A stretch of DNA of 64,000 bases from an uncultured Acidobacteriota bacterium (GCA_963836075.1 CAWIIB010000009.1:2880001-2944000); one strand, 5' to 3'. Counted from the stretch's first letter, positions 47,993-58,357 are shown. Notes: generated by a model from the sequence alone, not told the origin. Program-made: numbers and translations.

Positions 47993-49903
47993 TTACTTGT
48001 TGCGGGCCTTGCGCAGGGTCTCCTCGGTGACCGCCACCACCTGGCGCATCTGCATCGGTTTGGCCAGCACCTTCTGCACGCCGGTGCCCTTGACCTTGGC
48101 CTCTTCCACCTGGGCCCCCCAGCCGGTCATTACGATCACCGGGATCGACTTGTCGGAAGCCTTGATCCTGCTGGCCACCTCCCAGCCCGAGATTCCGGGC
48201 ATGCCGAGATCGGTGAACACCAGATCGTACTGGTGCTTGTTGAACAGCGCCATGCCGTCGATGCCGTCAACCGCCACGTCCACCTGGTGGCCCACCGAGA
48301 GGAGGATCTCACTCACCACTTCGCGGATATACTTGTCGTCGTCGATGACCAGGATGCGGCCCTTGTTGCAGCTCTCCCCGGGTTCCTCCCGCGGCGCCTC
48401 GGCCTTGGGTTTGCCGTTGGCCACCGGCAGGTAGATGGTGAACGTCGATCCATGGCCCTGCTCGCTCTCCACCATGATCTCACCCTCGTGGCGCTCGATG
48501 ATTCCGCAGGAGATGCTCAGCCCCAGACCGCTGCCCCGTTTACCCTTGGTGGTGTAGAAGGGCTGGAAGACCTTTTCCCGCACGTCGGGCGGGATGCCGA
48601 CGCCGTCGTCGCTCACCGAAGCAAAGACCCGGCCGCCGTGCATCCCGGTGCGCACCCTGATGGTGCCGCTCTCGCGAATGGCATCCACGGCATTGAAGAT
48701 CAGGTTGGTCAGCACCTCGCGCAGTTCGTTGCCCCGTCCCAGCACGTGGCGGATGGTTCCGTAATCCTCCTGCACGCGGATCTCCACGTTGTCCACCTGG
48801 GCCTCGTCCTTCCAGCGGGACTTGGTGATGGCCAGGGTGTCGCGGACCAAGGTGTTGAGGTCCAGCAGCTCCACCTCACGCTCGCCGCTGATCCGGCTGA
48901 AGCGGAGGATACGGCTCACCGTGTCGGCCCCGTCCAGGGCGGCGCGCTCCACCACCCGCAGCCGTTTCTTGATCTCTTCCCATTCCTGGGGTTTCTTGTC
49001 GCCCCTGGTGATCAGCAGCTGGACGTGGCCGAGGATGGCGCTGAGCAGGTTGTTGAAGTCGTGGGCCACTCCGCAGGACATCTCGCCGAGGGTGTGCAGG
49101 TTGTTCATCTTCATCACCTGCATCTCCATCTCCTTCACGGCGGAGAGGTCGCGGATGCCGGCGGCGATGTAGCGGATCCGTTCCGGAGCCTTGCCCGGCC
49201 GGGGGGTGCGGCGGCCGGCGAAGGGCAGCAGCTTGAAGCTGACCTCGCAGGGGAAGCTGCGGCCGTCCCGGCGCTGGGCGGTGACGTCAGTGTAGGACAG
49301 CTCTTCACCCTCGGGCAGGGTCTTGATGCCTTCCAGCAGCTTGCCACCGTCCACGTCGGGAAAGATGTTCTGCAGGGTGGCGTTGACCAGGTTCTCCGGG
49401 TCGGCGCAGAGCATCTCCGCCGCCCGGTTGTTGGCCGCGGCCAGCAGACCGCTCTCGGCCCGGAAGAGCAGCAGCGGCTCCAGGGCCACCGCCACCAGGC
49501 CGGCGGGGTTGATCACCGCCCCATGCTGGTGCTGCTTGATGCGGGTCAGCGTGCCCTGGGAACAGACAAATTTCTGGTCCTTGCTGTAGACCCCGGTGCT
49601 CTGCAGGTCGAAGTGGAATTCGCTGCCGTTGCGGCTGTTCAGGGTCAGCGGGTAGCCGTGGGTGGCCCGTTTCCCGGTGCGCCGTTCGTTGAACATTCGG
49701 CCGGCCAGCGGGTTGCGGTTGATATCGACGATCCTCGAGTAGTGCTCACCCAGCAGCTCGTCCTGACTGTAGCCGAGCATGCGGCTCAGCTTCTCGTCGA
49801 GGTAGAGGATGCTGCCGGTGGGATTGACCACGTATGTGGTCTGCGGAAGTGAGAAGGCCGATGTACCGTCCGTAGCATTGCCGGCTGATTGTGCCCCGCG
49901 CAT
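47993..49903 (-). CDS. PAS-domain hybrid sensor histidine kinase/response regulator
   Basis: Two PAS-like regions, AHDFNN H-box, NAVDA, DDGVG, FYTTK, GSGLGL, REC (VIDDD, DLGMP, KP). Confidence 0.92.
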   Translation of the reverse strand: MRGAQSAGNATDGTSAFSLPQTTYVVNPTGSILYLDEKLSRMLGYSQDELLGEHYSRIVDINRNPLAGRMFNERRTGKRATHGYPLTLNSRNGSEFHFDLQSTGVYSKDQKFVCSQGTLTRIKQHQHGAVINPAGLVAVALEPLLLFRAESGLLAAANNRAAEMLCADPENLVNATLQNIFPDVDGGKLLEGIKTLPEGEELSYTDVTAQRRDGRSFPCEVSFKLLPFAGRRTPRPGKAPERIRYIAAGIRDLSAVKEMEMQVMKMNNLHTLGEMSCGVAHDFNNLLSAILGHVQLLITRGDKKPQEWEEIKKRLRVVERAALDGADTVSRILRFSRISGEREVELLDLNTLVRDTLAITKSRWKDEAQVDNVEIRVQEDYGTIRHVLGRGNELREVLTNLIFNAVDAIRESGTIRVRTGMHGGRVFASVSDDGVGIPPDVREKVFQPFYTTKGKRGSGLGLSISCGIIERHEGEIMVESEQGHGSTFTIYLPVANGKPKAEAPREEPGESCNKGRILVIDDDKYIREVVSEILLSVGHQVDVAVDGIDGMALFNKHQYDLVFTDLGMPGISGWEVASRIKASDKSIPVIVMTGWGAQVEEAKVKGTGVQKVLAKPMQMRQVVAVTEETLRKARNK

Positions 49904-50103
49904 TCCACTCCCTTCCCTTCAACAAGGGCGGCCTGATTCTGTTGCATGTATATGAAAGGACCGGCTTCATCCTTCTATGGCGTGATGAGAACCTGATCCA
50001 AGTAGGGGTAAAAGGATACTAGCAGGTTACTGGCGAATATTCAAATGAGAAATGTGCCTTCCGGGAGATATTCTCTTGACTGAAAGTGGGTCGGGATGCA
50101 TTG

Positions 50104-50122
50104 ATTTTCGTATTATTTTCGT
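50104..50122 (+). promoter_or_regulatory. Direct repeat ATTTTCGT-N3-ATTTTCGT upstream of dinB, possible SOS-type operator
   Basis: 11-bp-period repeat (TTTC-N7-TTTC) about 45 bp upstream of the dinB ATG. Confidence 0.3.
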
Positions 50123-50164
50123 GTATGGTTTACTCCTGTGAATTCCGGGTTGCGGAGACATGGA

Positions 50165-51382
50165 ATGCGGCAGATACTTCATGTGGACATGGATGCCTTC
50201 TTCGTATCGGTGGAGGAACTGCGCGACCCGTCCCTCATCGGGCTGCCGGTTGTGGTGGGCGGCTCGTCCGAGACCAGGGGCGTGGTGGCTGCCGCATCCT
50301 ATGCAGCGCGAAAATTCGGCATCCACTCCGCCATGTCCATGGCCCGGGCGTCAAAGCTCTGCCCTTCACTGGTCCGGGTTTCCGGCCGGGGCAGCGACTA
50401 CTCGGCGTATTCGCGTTCGGTCTTCGACATCTTTCGCCGCTACACGCCGTGGGTCCAGCAGACGTCCATCGACGAGGGCTATCTCGACCTCACCGGGTTC
50501 GAGTCGCTCTATGGCAACCTGGTGCCCGTCTGCGCCGGAATCCGCCAGGCGGTTTTCGACGAGCTGGGCCTGCACTGTTCACTGGGCCTCTCCACCGCGC
50601 GCATGGTCTCCAAGGTGGCCTCCGAGCTGGGCAAGCCGCGGGGGATGGTGGTGGTGCTGCCCGGCCAGGAGGCCGCGTTCCTCCGCCCGCTGGACGTTGG
50701 CCGGATCCCGGGGATCGGGCCGAAGATGCAGGAGCAGCTCCATCGTCTGGGCGTCCACACCGTGGGTGACCTGCAGCAGCTGGATGAACGGCTGCTGGAA
50801 GAAAAATTCGGTGTCCACGGCCCGGCCATGCTGCAGCGGGCCCTGGGGCAGGACCGCTCCGTGGTGCACCTGGAAAAACGGGCGCCCAAGTCCATCGGCG
50901 CCGAGACCACCTTCCCCGAAGATCTCACCAACCGCACGGAGGTGCGGGCCGCCCTCCGGCGGCTGGTGGAGAAGTCAGCCCGCCGGATGCGGGCCAAGGG
51001 GTACGGCTGCAGCTGTGTGACGGTGAAGCTCCGCTCGCACAAGTTTCAGACCACCACCGCCGCCTGTACCGTCGACGAGCCCACCTGGGTTGATCAGCGG
51101 CTGTTCGAAACGGCTGCCCGGCTGCTGGACAAACTGTGGGGCGGGCGCTTTCCGGTGCGGCTGGTGGGGGTACGTTTGACCCGGTTCAAGCCGATGGAGA
51201 GCTCCCAGCAGTGCCTCTTTGACGGCCCCGACCGTGCCGAACAACTGGTCACCGGGATCGACATGGTCCGCGACCGCTTCGGCTTCGATGCGGTGAGCAC
51301 CGGGATGCAGTCCCGGAAGAAGCAGAAGGACTCGGAGAAATACTGGAGCGGGATCGGGTTCAAAAAAGATGAGGAGCCTTAG
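50165..51382 (+). CDS. dinB: DNA polymerase IV (Y-family)
   Basis: HVDMDAFFVSVE, ASYAARKFGI.SAM, SIDEGYLD, SKVASELGKP.G, KSIG.E.TF and RLVGV. Confidence 0.95.
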   Translation: MRQILHVDMDAFFVSVEELRDPSLIGLPVVVGGSSETRGVVAAASYAARKFGIHSAMSMARASKLCPSLVRVSGRGSDYSAYSRSVFDIFRRYTPWVQQTSIDEGYLDLTGFESLYGNLVPVCAGIRQAVFDELGLHCSLGLSTARMVSKVASELGKPRGMVVVLPGQEAAFLRPLDVGRIPGIGPKMQEQLHRLGVHTVGDLQQLDERLLEEKFGVHGPAMLQRALGQDRSVVHLEKRAPKSIGAETTFPEDLTNRTEVRAALRRLVEKSARRMRAKGYGCSCVTVKLRSHKFQTTTAACTVDEPTWVDQRLFETAARLLDKLWGGRFPVRLVGVRLTRFKPMESSQQCLFDGPDRAEQLVTGIDMVRDRFGFDAVSTGMQSRKKQKDSEKYWSGIGFKKDEEP

Positions 51383-51403
51383 CCTCATCAGTTTTCCGGC
51401 GAG

Positions 51404-52309
51404 TTACAACAGGGAAGGCTGAGAGCCCGGCGGATATTCCCGTATCTCCTCCAGCCGGGGATGGCGGGCCGCCAGGGCGTCGGGCACCACCACCTTTTTC
51501 CCGCTGACCATGTTCAGTAACTCGAGACCATTGACCACCGCCTGGCCGAGGAAGTGGTTGTTGGTCACCACGAAGGTCTGTTTGGCCCGCCTGGCGATGT
51601 TCATGATCCTCTCGTGCCAGGAGACCAGCTCCCTGCGGTTGTAGAGGTAGTCGTAACGCTGGTTCCGGTCGGTGCCCTCGCGGAACCAGTTGTCGCGGTT
51701 GCGGCCGTGGAAGCGGACGTAGCCCACCTCGCCGGTGGCCTGGTCCGACCCCTCCAGCGAGTCGCCCACCAGCGGCTGGTCGATGCTGCACCAGCCGGTG
51801 TTGAGATCGGTGAAGAACTGCCCCGCGTTCCCCTCACCCCATGACCCGTGCCGCACTTCCACCACCGGGCGGTAGGCCTCGAAGTCGGTGGCGATGCTCT
51901 CCACCACCCTGCGGTTCGGTGGTGTGTCGCGGAACGACCAGGGGAACTGGACCAGCAGGGCGCCCAACCGGCCGGCATCGGTCAGCGGGTCGAGGGCGGC
52001 CCTGAAGCGGGCGGTTTCCTCCGGGCCGGCCTCAGCGGTGCGGTGGGTGAAACCCTGGAACAGCTTCATGGTGAAACGGAAGTCGGGCCAGCGCTGCACC
52101 GTGCTGGCCCACTGGCTGGTGGTCCGCGGTTCGGGGATCGAATAGAACGAGCTGTTGACCTCCACCATGGGGAAGTGCCGGGCGATGAAACCGAGCTTGT
52201 CCCTTGTCCCCCTGGGGTAGACCCGGCCCTCCCAGTCGGGGTAGGACCAGCCCGCGGTTCCCACCCGGACCCGATCTTCCGTCACCCGGCTCCTCTCCAG
52301 CTGTTCCAC
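51404..52309 (-). CDS. DUF72 domain protein (YecE-like)
   Basis: VGTAGWSY.DW, VEVNSSFY, LVQFP.SF, VEVRHGSW, YVRFHGRN, RYDYLY and NNH. Confidence 0.92.
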   Translation of the reverse strand: MEQLERSRVTEDRVRVGTAGWSYPDWEGRVYPRGTRDKLGFIARHFPMVEVNSSFYSIPEPRTTSQWASTVQRWPDFRFTMKLFQGFTHRTAEAGPEETARFRAALDPLTDAGRLGALLVQFPWSFRDTPPNRRVVESIATDFEAYRPVVEVRHGSWGEGNAGQFFTDLNTGWCSIDQPLVGDSLEGSDQATGEVGYVRFHGRNRDNWFREGTDRNQRYDYLYNRRELVSWHERIMNIARRAKQTFVVTNNHFLGQAVVNGLELLNMVSGKKVVVPDALAARHPRLEEIREYPPGSQPSLL

Positions 52310-52389
52310 AGGACTCGCTCCTCATCGAAGGTCCGTTACAACTGTAGCCCGTCTTGATTCAACATGGCAATTCTGCTAGCGTCTTTTTC

Positions 52390-53979
52390 ATGGGAAACAT
52401 AGCGGGGATCAGCGATTTTCTCTCCTGGCTCCTCTCACGCCGCCACGACCCGCCCGGCTGGGATCAGCTGGTGCAGGACTTCGTGGACCGGGCCGGGGCG
52501 TGTCTGGCTGCTGGCCGGGCGGTCTGCCTGCTGGACCTGCCGGCCCGCGGAGAGGCGCGCGTGGTTGGCCCGCAGGTGGGCCGGGAAGAGGCGGGGCGGA
52601 TACTGCAGGCCTGGCAGACCCCCGGTCCGGCCCGGCGGGAAGAGGGTCTGGAGGGCTGGCGGCTGGTCCACCGCGGGGGGATTTTCGCCTTGCTGCTCAA
52701 GGGCGGCCCGGTCCCGGGTGAGGACGACGGGGCCGAAACCTGGCTGCCGGTGGCCGGCCAGGCGCTGGAGGCGGTGGTGGAGACCGGCACCCTGGGCGAG
52801 ACCATGGAGGCGGCGCGGATGGAAGTGCGCGGCCTGCTCCAGGGCAAGGAACGGGCGATGCAAAGCCAGAAGCTCGAGGCGGTGGGGCAGCTGGTGGTGG
52901 GGCTGACCCACGAGATCAACAACAAGCTCGGTCCGATTCTGATCTACACCCAGCTGGCCCAGATGGACCTGCCGGACGAGAAACTGGCCCAGCGGCTGGA
53001 GGTGATCGAGTCGAACACCATGGCGATCAAGGAGATCATCGAGTCCCTGGCCAACTTCGCCCACCCCCAGCAACCGTCCATGACCCGCTTCTCCATCAAC
53101 CAGTCGCTGTTCAACACGGTGAAGATGCTCAAGTACCGCTTCGAGAGCGAGGGGGCCGAGTTCCGTTTCGAACTGGACGAGGAGAACCCGTCGGTCTATG
53201 CCGACCGGGGGCAACTGGAGCTCGTCTTCCTCAACCTGGCCAGCAATGCCCTGGATGCCCTCAAGGACCGGCAGGACGCGGAACTGCTGGTGGTCAGTTC
53301 GCTCGAGCAGGGCCAGGTGGTGGTGCGGTTCAGTGACAACGGCCCCGGCATCTCCGACGAGATGAAGGCCCGGCTGTTCGAACCGTTCTTCTCCACCAAG
53401 GAACTGGGGCACGGCACCGGCCTTGGACTGAGCTCGGCTTACGGGATCGTGCGTGCTCACGGCGGCGAGGTGCGGGTGGAAAACCGGGATGGCGGGACCG
53501 GAGTCACCTTCACCGTGGAACTGCCGATCATCACCCGGCCCGGGGAGGACGGGGAGGCGGTCCGCCCGGCGCTGATGCTGGACGCGGAACGGACCTGCCG
53601 CATCCTGCTGGTGGACGACGATCAGCAGACGCTGAACATGATCCAGGCCATCTTCTCCGGGGTGCCGCAACTGGAGTTCACCTCCGCCCCGGACGGGGTG
53701 ATGGCCCGGCGGTTGCTGGACGAGACCCGCTTCGACCTGGTGCTCTGCGACCTGAAGATGCCCCGCCTGGGGGGGCAGGACCTCTACCATCTGCTGCGGC
53801 AGCGGGACCCGGAGGCCGCCGGGCGGATCATCTTTATGACCGGGGACCAGATCGGTCCGGACACCACCCGGTTCCTCAAGGAAACCGGTGTCTCCTGCCT
53901 GACCAAGCCTTTTGGTGTGGAGGAGATCTCCAGCAGCATCATCTCCGGTCTCGGCCTGGACCGCAGGGGAGAACCGTGA
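52390..53979 (+). CDS. Hybrid sensor histidine kinase with C-terminal receiver domain
   Basis: THEINN, NLASNALDA, DNGPG, FFSTK, GTGLGL, REC (LVDDD, DLKMP, KPF). Confidence 0.92.
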   Translation: MGNIAGISDFLSWLLSRRHDPPGWDQLVQDFVDRAGACLAAGRAVCLLDLPARGEARVVGPQVGREEAGRILQAWQTPGPARREEGLEGWRLVHRGGIFALLLKGGPVPGEDDGAETWLPVAGQALEAVVETGTLGETMEAARMEVRGLLQGKERAMQSQKLEAVGQLVVGLTHEINNKLGPILIYTQLAQMDLPDEKLAQRLEVIESNTMAIKEIIESLANFAHPQQPSMTRFSINQSLFNTVKMLKYRFESEGAEFRFELDEENPSVYADRGQLELVFLNLASNALDALKDRQDAELLVVSSLEQGQVVVRFSDNGPGISDEMKARLFEPFFSTKELGHGTGLGLSSAYGIVRAHGGEVRVENRDGGTGVTFTVELPIITRPGEDGEAVRPALMLDAERTCRILLVDDDQQTLNMIQAIFSGVPQLEFTSAPDGVMARRLLDETRFDLVLCDLKMPRLGGQDLYHLLRQRDPEAAGRIIFMTGDQIGPDTTRFLKETGVSCLTKPFGVEEISSSIISGLGLDRRGEP

Positions 53980-54260
53980 TGGCCATGGACCCGGACAGCT
54001 GCGACCCGGCCGAACTGGCCCGGCTGGCCTGTCTCGATCTGGACCACGAGGAACGCGCCCTCTTTGCCGGGCAGCTGCGCCGGATGCTCCGGGCCTTCAG
54101 CCCGATCAGCGACCTGCCCACGGATGGCGTGGAACCCTTTGCCCACCCCGGCGACCCGCTGTTGACCATCCGGGAAGACCAGCCGGTCCCCGGGGGCCGC
54201 CACGGCAGCCACCTCTCCGTGCCCCGGCTCTTCGGGCCGCAGCCGGGAGGGGAGCGGTGA
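53976..54260 (+). CDS. gatC: Asp-tRNA(Asn)/Glu-tRNA(Gln) amidotransferase subunit C
   Basis: LARLA.L, L.TDGVEP, REDQ and VPR pattern; directly upstream of gatA. Confidence 0.78.
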   Translation: MMAMDPDSCDPAELARLACLDLDHEERALFAGQLRRMLRAFSPISDLPTDGVEPFAHPGDPLLTIREDQPVPGGRHGSHLSVPRLFGPQPGGER

Positions 54261-55763
54261 GCGGGGCGGCCGGCAGAGAGTTCCCCGAACTGTACCGGCT
54301 GGAAGCGGCGCGGGCCGCCGAGCTGGTGCGCCGCCGTGAAGTGACGGCGGCCGAGCTGGCCACCGCGGTGATCTCCCGCCTGGAGGAGACGGAGCCGGTC
54401 CTGGCCGCATATACCGGGCTCCGCCTGGAGCGGGCCATGGATGACGCCCGGGCGGTTGATGCGGCGCTGGCCCGCGGGGACGATGCCGGCCCGCTGGCCG
54501 GGGTGCCCCTGGCGGTGAAGGACAATATCTGCCTGGCCGGACTCCCCACCACCTGCGGTTCCCGGCACCTGGCCGGGTACCTGTCCGCCGGAGGACGCCA
54601 CCGTGGTGCGGCGGCTCCGTTGTGCCGGGGCGGTGCTGTTGGGCAAGACCAACCTCGACGAGTTCGCCATGGGGTCGTCCACCGAGCACTCGGCCTTTGG
54701 CCCCACCCGCAACCCCTGGGACATCCGGTGCGTTCCCGGCGGCTCCAGCGGCGGCTCCGCCGCGGCGGTGGCTGCGGGCAGCGCCCTGGGGGCCCTGGGG
54801 TCCGACACCGGCGGTTCGGTGCGGCAGCCCGCCGCCTTCTGCGGCGTGGTGGGTCTCCGTCCCACCTACGGCACGGTATCCCGCTACGGGCTGGTCTCCC
54901 TCGCCTCGTCGCTGGATCAGGTGGGGCCCATTGCCCGCTCAGTGGCTGACTGCGCTCTGATTAACGGGGTGATCCGGGGACGGGACCCGCGGGACAGCAG
55001 CTCTGTTGACCTGCCTGACTCCGGCCCGGTGGAGCCGACCCACAGGGGGCTCGAGGGGATGCGACTGGGGGTTCTCCGACCACCGGCTGACGCGGGGCCG
55101 GCCCCCGAGGTGCAGCGGCTGTTCGGCGAGTCGCTGGAGCTGCTCCGCTCGCTGGGGGCGGAGCTGGAGCAGGTGGACCTGCCCCACCACCACCATGGCG
55201 TGGCGGTCTATGCCTTTAGCGCCGCGGCCGAGGCTGGTTCGAACCTCGGTCGCTACGACGGGGTGCGGTTCGGTGAGCGCCTGGGCGAGGAGTTGGGCCT
55301 GGAGGGCATGTATGTGAAGACCCGGTCGCGGGGCTTTGGCCCTGAGGTCAAGCGGCGGATCCTGCTGGGCACCCACGCCCTGCGCGCCGGGTATTACGAG
55401 GAGTGTTACCTGCAGGCGCAGAAGGCGCGCACGCTGATCCTCGGTGACTACCGCGAGGCATTCCGGACGGTGGACATGATATGCTGTCCCACCACCATGA
55501 CACCGGCCTTCCGGCTGGAAGAGAGAACGGAGAACCCGCTGGAGATGTACCAGAGCGACGTGAACACCGTCTGCAGCAGTCTGGCCGGACTGCCCGCCAT
55601 ATCCGTACCCTGCGGCCTGGCCGGGGACCGGCTGCCGGTGGGGCTGCAGTTCACCGGGCCGGCACACGGCGAACCGGCCCTCTTTCGGGCAGCGCGGGCC
55701 TTCGAGGACGTTTCGGGATACCGCAATATGGCGGCAACCGTTGCCCGGGGCGGTGAGGTGTGA
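54257..55763 (+). CDS. gatA: Asp-tRNA(Asn)/Glu-tRNA(Gln) amidotransferase subunit A; +1 frameshift at GTACC 54577-54581
   Basis: GPLAGVPLAVKDNI, GKTNLDEFAMGSS, PGGSSGGS, GSDTGGSVRQPA and RYDGVRFG...EVKRRILLGT. Correction restores GYCPPEDATVV. Confidence 0.92.
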
Positions 55764-57511
55764 TGATTTCACGGGGACGGACAATGGGGACGGTCCTGCT
55801 GCTGGCTCTGCTGGCCCTGCTCCCCGTGGCCGCCAGTGCCGACGGCGGCTGCGAACGTTCGCTGGAGATTGCCGAAGGGATCCGGGTCCGTGTGGAACAG
55901 GGAAACCGGATCGAACTGGAAGCCCTGCCCGAGCCGGGAGAGGGCTACTACCGCATCACCGAGCGGTTCACCGGCGAGCGGTCCAACTGGCAAGAGGTGC
56001 AGCTGCTCAACGGCACGCGGTCGCTGATCGAGGGGCGGTGGTACCGCATCCCCTTCGACCTCCTCTCCCCGCCATACCGCATGGCGGCGCTGCTGGCCGT
56101 CTTTCCCCACAACCGGGTGGAGGGCGGCCAGTTCATCCACCGGGTGGTCTGCAGCCGGTCGGGGGACGAGGGGGAGAGTTTCGGCGCCATCGCCCATTGG
56201 TACACCGGCGACAAGGACCGGGGACCGGACCTGGCCGCCCTGGTGGGTCAGGCCGAGTGGGACCTGCGGGTGGGCGAGGAGGTGGCCGTTCCGGTGGAGT
56301 GGCTGCTGCCCCAGCTGCGGGCCTGGGCCGAGGAGGAGGCGGTGCGGGACATCCCGCTGGAATACGGCCGGGACGAGCAGGGTGAATACGCCCTCTACCG
56401 GCTGAAGCAGGGTGAAGCGCTCTACTCCGCGGTGGTGATCCGCTTCACCGGTCTGATGCTGGCTGACGAGGTGAACGAGCTGGCCGCGCTGATCGCCAGG
56501 CGCAGCGGTATCGAGGACGTGACCGACATCCCCACCGGTTACGGGATCCGCATCCCGGTGGAGTATCTCTCCGACGACATGCTGCCCCCCGGGCACCCGG
56601 AGCGGGTGGCCTACCAGCTGAACCGCTTCCTCTCCAGCGGGTTCGAGAAGGGGGGCCGCGGGCTGAGCCTGGACGGGATCACGGTGATCCTCGACCCGGG
56701 GCACGGCGGCCGCGACCCGGGGGCCATCCACCACGGGGTGTGGGAGGATGAACATGTATACGACATCGCCTGCCGGATCAAAAAGGTGATCGAGACCCGC
56801 AGTTCCGGCCGGGTGGTCATGACGGTCAAGGACCGCAGCGGCGGGCACGCGCCCTCGGACCGGCGCCCGCTGGTTCGTGACGAGGACGAAGAGGTGACGG
56901 TGAGTCCGGCCTACCGGCTCACCGAATCGGGGGCCACCCGTGAGGGGGTCAACTTCCGCTGGGCGCTGGCCAACTACCACTTCATGGAACTGGTGTCCCA
57001 GGGCGCCGACGAGCACAGCGTGGTCTTCACCAGCCTCCACGCCGACGCGCTGCACCCCTCGCTCAGCGGGACGATGATCTACATCCTCGGGGCGCAGTAT
57101 GGCAGTTCACGGGTTTCGCTTTCCGGCTCGCAGTACCGTGCCCGCAGCGAGGTGAGAGCGTATCCGAAAATCGACTACTACAAGTCGGTCCGCTCGCGCA
57201 GCGAGGGCCTCTCCCGCGGCCTGGCCGAAGAAGTGCTGGCCAGCTTCCGCCGCAACGACCTGCCGGTCCACGGCTACAAGCCGATCCGCAACCACCTGGT
57301 CCGCCAGCGGCGGTCCTACGCGCCGGCGGTGCTGCGCAACAACGTCATCCCGCTGAAGATGCTGATCGAGGTCTGCAACCTGCGCAACGAGGAGGACAGC
57401 CGGCGGATGACCGACCCGGCCTACCGCCAGGCCGTGGCCGAAGCCTACGTGGAAGCGCTGAGCACCTATTTCGACGGCAAGAACGGCAAGGGTAACGGGA
57501 GGGCTTCATGA
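55760..57511 (+). CDS. N-acetylmuramoyl-L-alanine amidase (Amidase_3) with degenerate LysM-like N-terminal repeats
   Basis: ILDPGHGG.DPGA, E, SLHAD and LIEVCNL; signal peptide. Confidence 0.87.
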   Translation: MMISRGRTMGTVLLLALLALLPVAASADGGCERSLEIAEGIRVRVEQGNRIELEALPEPGEGYYRITERFTGERSNWQEVQLLNGTRSLIEGRWYRIPFDLLSPPYRMAALLAVFPHNRVEGGQFIHRVVCSRSGDEGESFGAIAHWYTGDKDRGPDLAALVGQAEWDLRVGEEVAVPVEWLLPQLRAWAEEEAVRDIPLEYGRDEQGEYALYRLKQGEALYSAVVIRFTGLMLADEVNELAALIARRSGIEDVTDIPTGYGIRIPVEYLSDDMLPPGHPERVAYQLNRFLSSGFEKGGRGLSLDGITVILDPGHGGRDPGAIHHGVWEDEHVYDIACRIKKVIETRSSGRVVMTVKDRSGGHAPSDRRPLVRDEDEEVTVSPAYRLTESGATREGVNFRWALANYHFMELVSQGADEHSVVFTSLHADALHPSLSGTMIYILGAQYGSSRVSLSGSQYRARSEVRAYPKIDYYKSVRSRSEGLSRGLAEEVLASFRRNDLPVHGYKPIRNHLVRQRRSYAPAVLRNNVIPLKMLIEVCNLRNEEDSRRMTDPAYRQAVAEAYVEALSTYFDGKNGKGNGRAS

Positions 57512-58209
57512 CCCGCGGCGCGGGACAAGGGACCGCCGGGGAGCGGCCCGCGGTCAGTCTGATCATCCCGGTGAACAACGAAGCGCAGACCCTGGCCGCG
57601 GTGGTGGCCGGGGCCCGTCCCCTGGTGGACCGCGTGCTGGTGGTGGACGACGGCTCCGACGACGGCAGTGCCGGGGTGGCCCGTGCCGCCGGCGCCGATG
57701 TGCTGGCCCACCCCCGGAGGCTGGGCAAGGGAGCGGCACTGCGCAGCGGGCTGGAGCAGCTGCTGCCTGACGCCACGGGATACCTGCTGTTCATGGACGG
57801 CGACGGGCAGCACGACCCGGCGGACATCCCGGCCATGCTCGCCCGGCTGGGCGACCGGCCGCGGCCCGACGTGGTGCTGGGCTGCCGGCTGCGGCCCGAA
57901 ACCCGGGACGACATCCCCCGCCTGCGCTACACCACCAACCTCTTTGGCAAGTTCGTCCTCTCCCGGGTCACCGGTCTCGACGTGGGGGACAGCCAGACCG
58001 GGTTCCGCCTGATCCGCGCGGACCGCCTGCGGGAGATCGAGCTGGAGTCCACCGGGTTTGAAATCGAGACCGAGATCATGCTCAAGCTCAGCGCCCGCCA
58101 CCTCCACCTGGTCAACGTGCCGGTTTCCATCAGTTACCATCCGGGTCGCAGCCACTACCGCACCGTGACCGACACCTACCGGGTCTGCATGGCCACCCTG
58201 CGCTACTGA
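57508..58209 (+). CDS. Glycosyltransferase family 2 (DPM-synthase-like)
   Basis: IIPVNNE, VVDDGSDD, GKGAAL, MDGDGQHDP, DSQTGFR and FEIETE. Confidence 0.92.
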   Translation: MTRGAGQGTAGERPAVSLIIPVNNEAQTLAAVVAGARPLVDRVLVVDDGSDDGSAGVARAAGADVLAHPRRLGKGAALRSGLEQLLPDATGYLLFMDGDGQHDPADIPAMLARLGDRPRPDVVLGCRLRPETRDDIPRLRYTTNLFGKFVLSRVTGLDVGDSQTGFRLIRADRLREIELESTGFEIETEIMLKLSARHLHLVNVPVSISYHPGRSHYRTVTDTYRVCMATLRY

Positions 58210-58357
58210 GAAATCGACATCAAACGCTGCCAATTGAAAAAAGCCCTTGACATTTTATGAAACTATACTTACTTTATAGTTATATTCAGTGGTGGGATAA
58301 TGGCCGTGGCTGTTTCATCAGCCTGCCCTCATCAAATTCGCTCCTGTGGAGTTCGCC

